A DNA stretch of 38,351 bases from Macrostomum lignano (taxonomy: Eukaryota): NCBI GenBank assembly GCA_002269645.1, contig NIVC01004678.1, positions 1 to 38,351 on the forward strand, in the 5' to 3' direction. The notes under the pieces are model-generated. The model did not search any database and was not told the DNA's origin. It worked only from the letters and a program-made list of their open reading frames with translations. The stretch's first letter is position 1. Every line of letters starts with the position of its first letter. This document shows, one piece after another, positions 33,818 to 38,351 of this stretch. Both the position numbers and the translations under genes were made by a program.

Positions 33818-34682
33818 GACTGCATCGTCGCTTCTGTCAGGCGGTGACGGCATCGGTGGATCATCAGTCGAGCCGCTTCTGCAGCAGCGCTCCGGTGGCA
33901 TCCGCAGTCTGGCCGCCTCAGCTGCTGCCGCGGCCAACACCCAGCAGCAACAGCAGCAACTGTTGCTTCAACAGCAGCAGCAAGCGGCGGCTTCGTCAGG
34001 CAACTACTATGGCCAATCCACTGATCAGGCCCACCCAGCCGACCTGAAGCAGCTGTCATCGCAGGCTATTCTGGCTCGCCAACAGCAGCAGCAGCCAGTT
34101 GTCTCCGTGGCCGGTTATCATCCGTCTTCGTACCTGACCTCCGCAGCTGCCCAGCAGCAGCAGCAGCAGCAGCAACAGGCTCAGCAACATCTGCAGACAA
34201 TCCGACTCGACCCAATGTCCATAGCCGCCCCGTTGCGGTCCCAGACTCCGCCTAGGCTGCAGGAGGCGCTCAGCAAGTTGGAGAACGGCTTCAAGAAGCT
34301 GCCGCACGCCGCCGATTCTGAACGATTTCGGCAGCACACAACGCATAATCCTACTCAAGTGCCGCCCTATTATCCGCAGTCGCCGCCGCCGGGCATGGAC
34401 ACCGAGGAGTTCTACGCTCGGCTAGACGTGCACACTCTGTTCTTCATCTTCTACTACTTCGAGGGCACCAAAGCCCAGTACTTGGCCGCTAAAACATTGA
34501 AGAAAATGTCCTGGCGATTCCACACCAAATATCTCATGTGGTTTCAACGCCACGAGGAGCCCAAAACCATCACGGACGATTTCGAGAAGGGCACCTACGT
34601 TTATTACGACTACGAGAAGGCGGTGCAAAAGCGACGCGACTTCACGTTCGAGTACAAGTACCTTGAGGACAAGGATCTGTGA
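21130..34682 (+). CDS. CNOT3: CCR4-NOT transcription complex subunit 3, spliced model: join(21130..21154,30263..30496 [one extra A],30574..30702,30786..30881,30968..31081,31395..31509,32552..33154,33667..34682), about 776 aa
   Basis: N-terminal Not3 domain ([75 protein letters not shown]) and C-terminal NOT box ([54 protein letters not shown]). GT-AG junctions; length is 2331 nt (777 codons) after removing one A. Confidence 0.95.
21278..21829. mobile_element. Possible older TIR element hosting the 182-bp MITE
   Basis: Imperfect inverted ends TAC-CCTGGGTTTTT versus AAAAAACCCAGATGTA, with subterminal TTGAAAATC and TTGGCAACT motifs at both ends; no clear TSD. Confidence 0.35.
21357..21538. mobile_element. 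182-bp hAT-type MITE
   Basis: TIRs CAGTAGCGCAACCAG / CTGGTTGCGCCACTG (14/15) followed by G/C runs; 8-bp TSD TCAGAGGC at 21349-21356 and 21539-21546. Confidence 0.88.
22413..23232. mobile_element. 820-bp non-autonomous hAT-type element
   Basis: TIR TAGTGTTCC(A/G)CCGTA (14/15); 8-bp TSD CTATTTTT at 22405-22412 and 23233-23240; clustered subterminal (C)CATAGC/CCGTAGC motifs at both ends. Confidence 0.88.
22974..23145. mobile_element. 172-bp palindromic MITE, copy 1, nested in the 820-bp hAT
   Basis: About 60-bp inverted arms around a central AGTCACGTGACT; flanked by the 8-bp direct repeat GGCATATC (22966-22973 and 23146-23153). Confidence 0.8.
23427..23596. mobile_element. 170-bp palindromic MITE, copy 2, in opposite orientation
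   Basis: Diverged reverse-complement copy of 22974-23145; flanked by GATTAAAT and GATGAAAT (7/8 TSD). Confidence 0.78.
23685..23870. repeat. Short degenerate tandem repeat (TTTGCTTGCCAAA core)
   Basis: About 10 imperfect copies in CNOT3 intron 1. Confidence 0.7.
25363..26400 (-). pseudogene. Decayed Crypton-type tyrosine recombinase gene (DUF3504-like), with a 121-nt intron at 25709-25829
   Basis: Minus-strand translation: [101 protein letters not shown]|[38 protein letters not shown]. This gives the R..HxxR..(H>Q)..Y catalytic layout; four in-frame stops and at least one frameshift. Confidence 0.82.
26463..26561. mobile_element. 99-bp hairpin/MITE-like insertion with 33-bp inverted arms
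   Basis: TAATATGAAGCACAAATTCAATTTAATGGCCAA (26463-26495) versus TTGGCCATTAACTTGAATTTGTGCTTCATATTA (26529-26561): 32/33 complementary; TA at both ends. Confidence 0.7.
29523..29569. repeat. (TTGC)n microsatellite
   Basis: About 11-12 perfect units. Confidence 0.95.
30263..30496 (+). CDS. CNOT3: CNOT3 exon 2
   Basis: acttag|CT GAC GTG GAA AAA (A) ACT CTA AAG AAG to AGC|gtaagt; [48 protein letters not shown]. Confidence 0.9.
30574..30702 (+). CDS. CNOT3: CNOT3 exon 3
   Basis: cctcag|GAT to CGA|gtgagt; [23 protein letters not shown]. Confidence 0.93.
30786..30881 (+). CDS. CNOT3: CNOT3 exon 4
   Basis: caacag|GAG to GAT|gtaagt; [32 protein letters not shown]. Confidence 0.88.
30968..31081 (+). 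CDS. CNOT3: CNOT3 exon 5
   Basis: ttttag|AAG to AAG|gtacaa; [19 protein letters not shown]. Confidence 0.9.
31395..31509 (+). CDS. CNOT3: CNOT3 exon 6
   Basis: tcccag|GTG to G|gtaggt (phase 1); [37 protein letters not shown]. Confidence 0.9.
31645..32505. repeat. Minisatellite, 23-bp unit (CACAATCTCACGGCTTTCACTGA), CNOT3 intron 6
   Basis: Period 23 with 20-21-bp variants. Confidence 0.95.
32552..33154 (+). CDS. CNOT3: CNOT3 exon 7 (low-complexity S/A/Q linker)
   Basis: ccgcag|CA to G|gtgagt; phases 1/1 fit both neighbours; open frame. Confidence 0.8.
33195..33630. repeat. Minisatellite, 32-bp unit (GGGTTATCCACATCCTCCCAATGTTCAGGTGG) with 27-bp variants, CNOT3 intron 7
   Basis: Direct periodicity; source of the GYPHPPNVQ ORFs. 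Confidence 0.92.
33667..34682 (+). CDS. CNOT3: CNOT3 exon 8 (linker, connector and NOT box)
   Basis: ctgcag|GC (phase 1) to TGA; [43 protein letters not shown]. Confidence 0.95.
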
Positions 34683-35277
34683 ATCTGCGGCTTCTATAAA
34701 TAAGCACAATGGATGTAATAAGTGTGCGCTAATACCAAGGACTGGCTCTGTCCGCGTGTCCGTCTCTATACATAACCATACACATTCACTCATTCACTAT
34801 AAGCGTTTGAAGATTTATATGACGGCATTTTTGCCAACAAGTCAACCGTATCTAGGGACACCCAGTGCGCGTATTTCTTCTGTCTACGAGTACTACCCTT
34901 CTGAACTTCTCAGTCATCGATTTCTTCTGATCTGCTTCTTCTTTGTCGTCTGTCTGTCTCTGTCTTATTGTTTGTTGGTTCGCTGCACCCATTCTCCCTC
35001 TTAACTCCCCGGCCATTGACTGCATCTGCGTCACTTCTTATTACCTATTATACGACATAATATAACTAACTAAAAAAGTGGTTTTAAAACGGCAGTAATG
35101 AAACAAAAAACATTTTGACAAGTTTACTAGTTCTTTCGTGTTTTTGCTTCGATTTTTACACAAATTTTATTTGAATTCGCTGACGAAACTCATAGCGACT
35201 CTTGTTCTCGACATGAGTAAGGTTCGCCCTAATTACATGTAAAAGGCAAACAGCGCTGACTAGCAGTGCCTTCTGAA

Positions 35278-36470
35278 TTTTGGGAGGATGTGCAGTCACC
35301 CACTGAAGGTTGGGAGGATGTGCATAACCAGTCACTGAAGGTTGGGAGGGTGTGCATAACCAGCCACTGAAGGTTGGGAGGATGTGCATAACCAGCCACT
35401 GAAGGTTGGGAGGGTGTGCATAACCACCCACTGAAGGTTGGGAGGATGCGCATAACCAGTCACTGAAGGTTGGGAGGATGTGCATAACCACCCACTGAAG
35501 GTTGGGAGGATGCGCATAACCAGTCACTGAAGGTTGGGAGGATGTGCATAACCAGTCACTGAAGGTTGGGAGGATGCGCATAACCAGCCACTGAAGGTTG
35601 GGAGGATGTGCATAACCAGTCACTGAAGGTTGGGAGGATGTGCATAACCAGTCACTGAAGGTTGGGAGGATGCGCATAACCAGTCACTGAAGGTTGGGAG
35701 GATGTGCATAACCAGCCACTGAAGGTTGGGAGGATGTGCATAACCAGCCACTGAAGGTTGGGAGGATGTGCATAACCAGCCACTGAAGGTTGGGAAGATG
35801 TGCATAACCAGCCACTGAAGGTTGGGAGGATGTGCATAACCAGCCACTGAAGGTTGGGAGGATGTGCATAAACAGTCACTGAAGGTTGGGAGGATGTGCA
35901 TAACCAGCCACTGAAAGGTTTGGAGGATTGCATATAGTCAAACAAAGAAGGTAGGGAGGATGTGCATAACCAGTCACTGAAGGTTGGGAGGATGTGCATA
36001 ACCAGCCACTGAAGGTTGGGAAGATGTGCATAACCAGTCACTGAAGGTTGGGAAGATGTGCATAACCAGCCACTGAAGGTTGGGAGGATGTGCATAACCA
36101 GCCACTGAAAGGTTTGGAGGATTGCATATAGTCAAACTGAAGGTTGGGAGGATGTGCATAACCAGTCACTGAAGGTTGGGAGGATGTGCATAACCAGCCA
36201 CTGAAGGTTGGGAGGATGTGCATAACCAGCCACTGAAGGTTGGGAGGATGTGCATAACCAGCCACTGAAGGTTGGGAGGATGTGCATAACCAGTCACTGA
36301 AGGTTGGGAGGATGTGCATAACCAGCCACTGAAGGTTGGGAGGATGTGCATAACCAGTGCATAACCAGTCACTGAAGGTTGGGAGACATGGTAGCATATG
36401 AAGTCGACTGAAGCATAACCAGCCACTGAAGGTTGGGAAGATGTGCATAACCAGTCACTGAAGGTTGGAA
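35278..36470. repeat. Minisatellite, 32-bp unit (GAAGGTTGGGAGGATGTGCATAACCAGCCACT), downstream of CNOT3
   Basis: About 35 near-identical units; source of the GYAHPPNLQ ORFs. Confidence 0.96.
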
Positions 36471-36949
36471 TTTAATTACTCTCAGTCAACCACAGGGTTG
36501 GGATTTTGCAATTGGCTCGTCGATGGCTCCAAATCCTGAAGAATTTAATTACTCTCAGCAACCACAGGATTTTGCAATTGGCTCGACATGCGCTACGCTC
36601 GTTCGTGGCTTGCTTTAATTTCTGTTGCGGAATAATTAAAGTACATGTATAACAAACTTCATTTATGGGAGGCTTGCGTAATCTTTGAATTGCTTAGATT
36701 GAAGGTTTTGTCATATGGTATCATATTTTTTACAACAAGAATGGTGTCATATTTACACATGTATCTCTTTAACTAAAGAAATCCGGAAGTTAGGTTAAAC
36801 GCGTAAAAGCTTCCAACAGTGAGAGTGACAGATTTTAGCACTCTGAGTCTGTCACTCTTCAGATCTGTAACTCTGAATCTGTAACTTTCAGATCTCTTAC
36901 AATTAACAGCCAACTAACAGTTAGTACTCTTCACAACTGACAGATTGGC

Positions 36950-37115
36950 TGTCTGAATCTGTCACTCTCACTACTATCAGATCGGCACTGAATCTGTCAC
37001 TCTCAGTACTGTCAGATCGGCACTCTGAATCTGTCACTCTTACTACTATCAGATCGGCACTCTGAATCTGTCACTCTCACTCCTGTAAGATCGGCACTCT
37101 GAATCTGTCACTCTC
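36950..37115. repeat. About 37-bp unit array (CTGAATCTGTCACTCTCACTACTATCAGATCGGCACT), left arm
   Basis: About 4 units; reverse complement of the 37645-38073 array. Confidence 0.85.
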
Positions 37116-37644
37116 TCACTTCTGTCCCAGTTTAGATCTGACACTCTCCCAGTTGGTAAGGAGGCGGTTCGTCTAGAAATGATCAGTCTACGAAATTTAG
37201 TTTTACTTCATAAGCTTAACGCTGCAGATACTCACAAGTGGCATTAGCTGCACATTTTGTTCTCTTGCTTATTGAATCGAAGTGTATAAATATTAAATAA
37301 ATGGCTACAGTCACAAAACAGACCATTTTTACAATTGGCATCCAATTAATAGCAATAAAATGGAAATTTACTACGAGCTACTAGTGGATTTTCTCTATAT
37401 TTTGCTGTCCTAAAATTGGAGCTCAGTCGTCCATTGTGAAATAGAAATGCTTCTTTTTTTCCTTAATTTTAATTGCAGTTAGGGCCACTGCTATTAAAGC
37501 GTTTTAGCAATAAAAAATCATTTATGCTGGAGTCAGACTGATTTCAGAACTAGATCAAAGACGCAAAATTCTGGGAATCATAATTATGATTTCTCTTATC
37601 AGATTCACTCTTTTTGTTCTGACTATACGAATTAATCTGCCGAT

Positions 37645-38073
37645 CTGACAGTAGTGAGAGTGACAGATTCAGAGTGCCAATCTGGCAGTAGTGAGAGTGA
37701 CAGATTCAGAGTGCCAATCTGGCAGTAGTGAGAGTGACAGATTCAGAGTGCCAATCTGGCAGTAGTGAGAGTGACAGATTCAGAGTGCCAATCTGGCAGT
37801 AGTGTGAGAGTGACAGATTCAGAGTGCCAATACGACAGTAGTGAGAGTGACAGATTCAGAGTGCCAATACGACAGTAGTGAGAGTGACAGATTCAGAGTG
37901 CCAATCTGGCAGTAGTGTGAGAGTGACAGATTCAGAGTGCCAATACGACAGTAGTGAGAGTGACAGATTCAGAGTGCCAATCTTATAGTTGTGAAGAGTG
38001 ACAGATTCAGAGTGCCAATCTGATAAATTGTGAAGAGTGACAGATTCAGAGTGCCAATCTGGCAGTAGTGAGA
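37645..38073. repeat. 37-bp unit array (AGTGAGAGTGACAGATTCAGAGTGCCAATCTGGCAGT), right arm
   Basis: TCTGGC at 37681 and 37718; about 11 units. Confidence 0.93.
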
Positions 38074-38351
38074 GAAACACGAACAGAAATTGCCATTACT
38101 GTTTGCACTGCAAAGTACATGGCACGTACCGGTCGATCTTAATGCTTGTTTTATGGTTATTGTCTGCAATTAAAACCATGTTAACAATCGCACTTACTTG
38201 ACGATGGAAGAGTAAAACAAAAACGCCCCGGAAAAAATCAGTTAAAATTGCTCATAATTATTGCTGTTTCCTGCCCTCACTTCCGCTGTTCAAATGTATT
38301 CACTAAGCCTACTCAAATCGTCGTGACAAAGCCTACTGTTTCGTCGTGACA

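Noticed and set aside
34422-35004. ORFs overlapping the CNOT3 3' end (123 aa minus, 113 aa plus)
   Set aside because: Antisense or alternative frames of the NOT-box exon and 3' UTR, with no recognisable domain.
35156-36448. Multiple minus-strand GYAHPPNLQ ORFs
   Set aside because: They are frames of the 32-bp minisatellite, with no evidence of a gene.
38305-38351. Two copies of AAGCCTACT...TCGTCGTGACA at the window edge
   Set aside because: Probably the start of another minisatellite, but truncated by the window and too short to characterise.

Overview
AT-rich animal genomic DNA, not prokaryotic. It has GT-AG introns, polyQ-rich proteins and minisatellite-filled introns, a style suggestive of a free-living flatworm such as Macrostomum (inference). 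There are two spliced protein-coding genes, both on the + strand. (1) An afadin/canoe (AF-6) orthologue has 15 coding exons from about 77 to 17014 (about 2040 aa; RA-RA-FHA-DIL-PDZ, Q/P-rich linker, charged coiled coil, conserved C-terminal motifs). All splice phases from exon 2 onward are consistent; exon 1 carries several single-base frameshifts. (2) CNOT3 (CCR4-NOT subunit 3) has 8 coding exons from 21130 to 34682 (about 776 aa), with a 25-nt first exon, a 9.1-kb first intron and one extra A in exon 2. Eleven of the 14 afadin introns and 2 CNOT3 introns each hold a different tandem-repeat array. The intergenic region and CNOT3 intron 1 contain mobile DNA that the ORF track misses: a 5'-truncated RNase H-bearing LINE with a 49-bp target duplication, several hAT-type non-autonomous elements with 8-bp TSDs (some nested), and a decayed intron-containing Crypton-type tyrosine recombinase gene on the minus strand. 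Most ORFs in the six-frame track are artefacts of tandem repeats.
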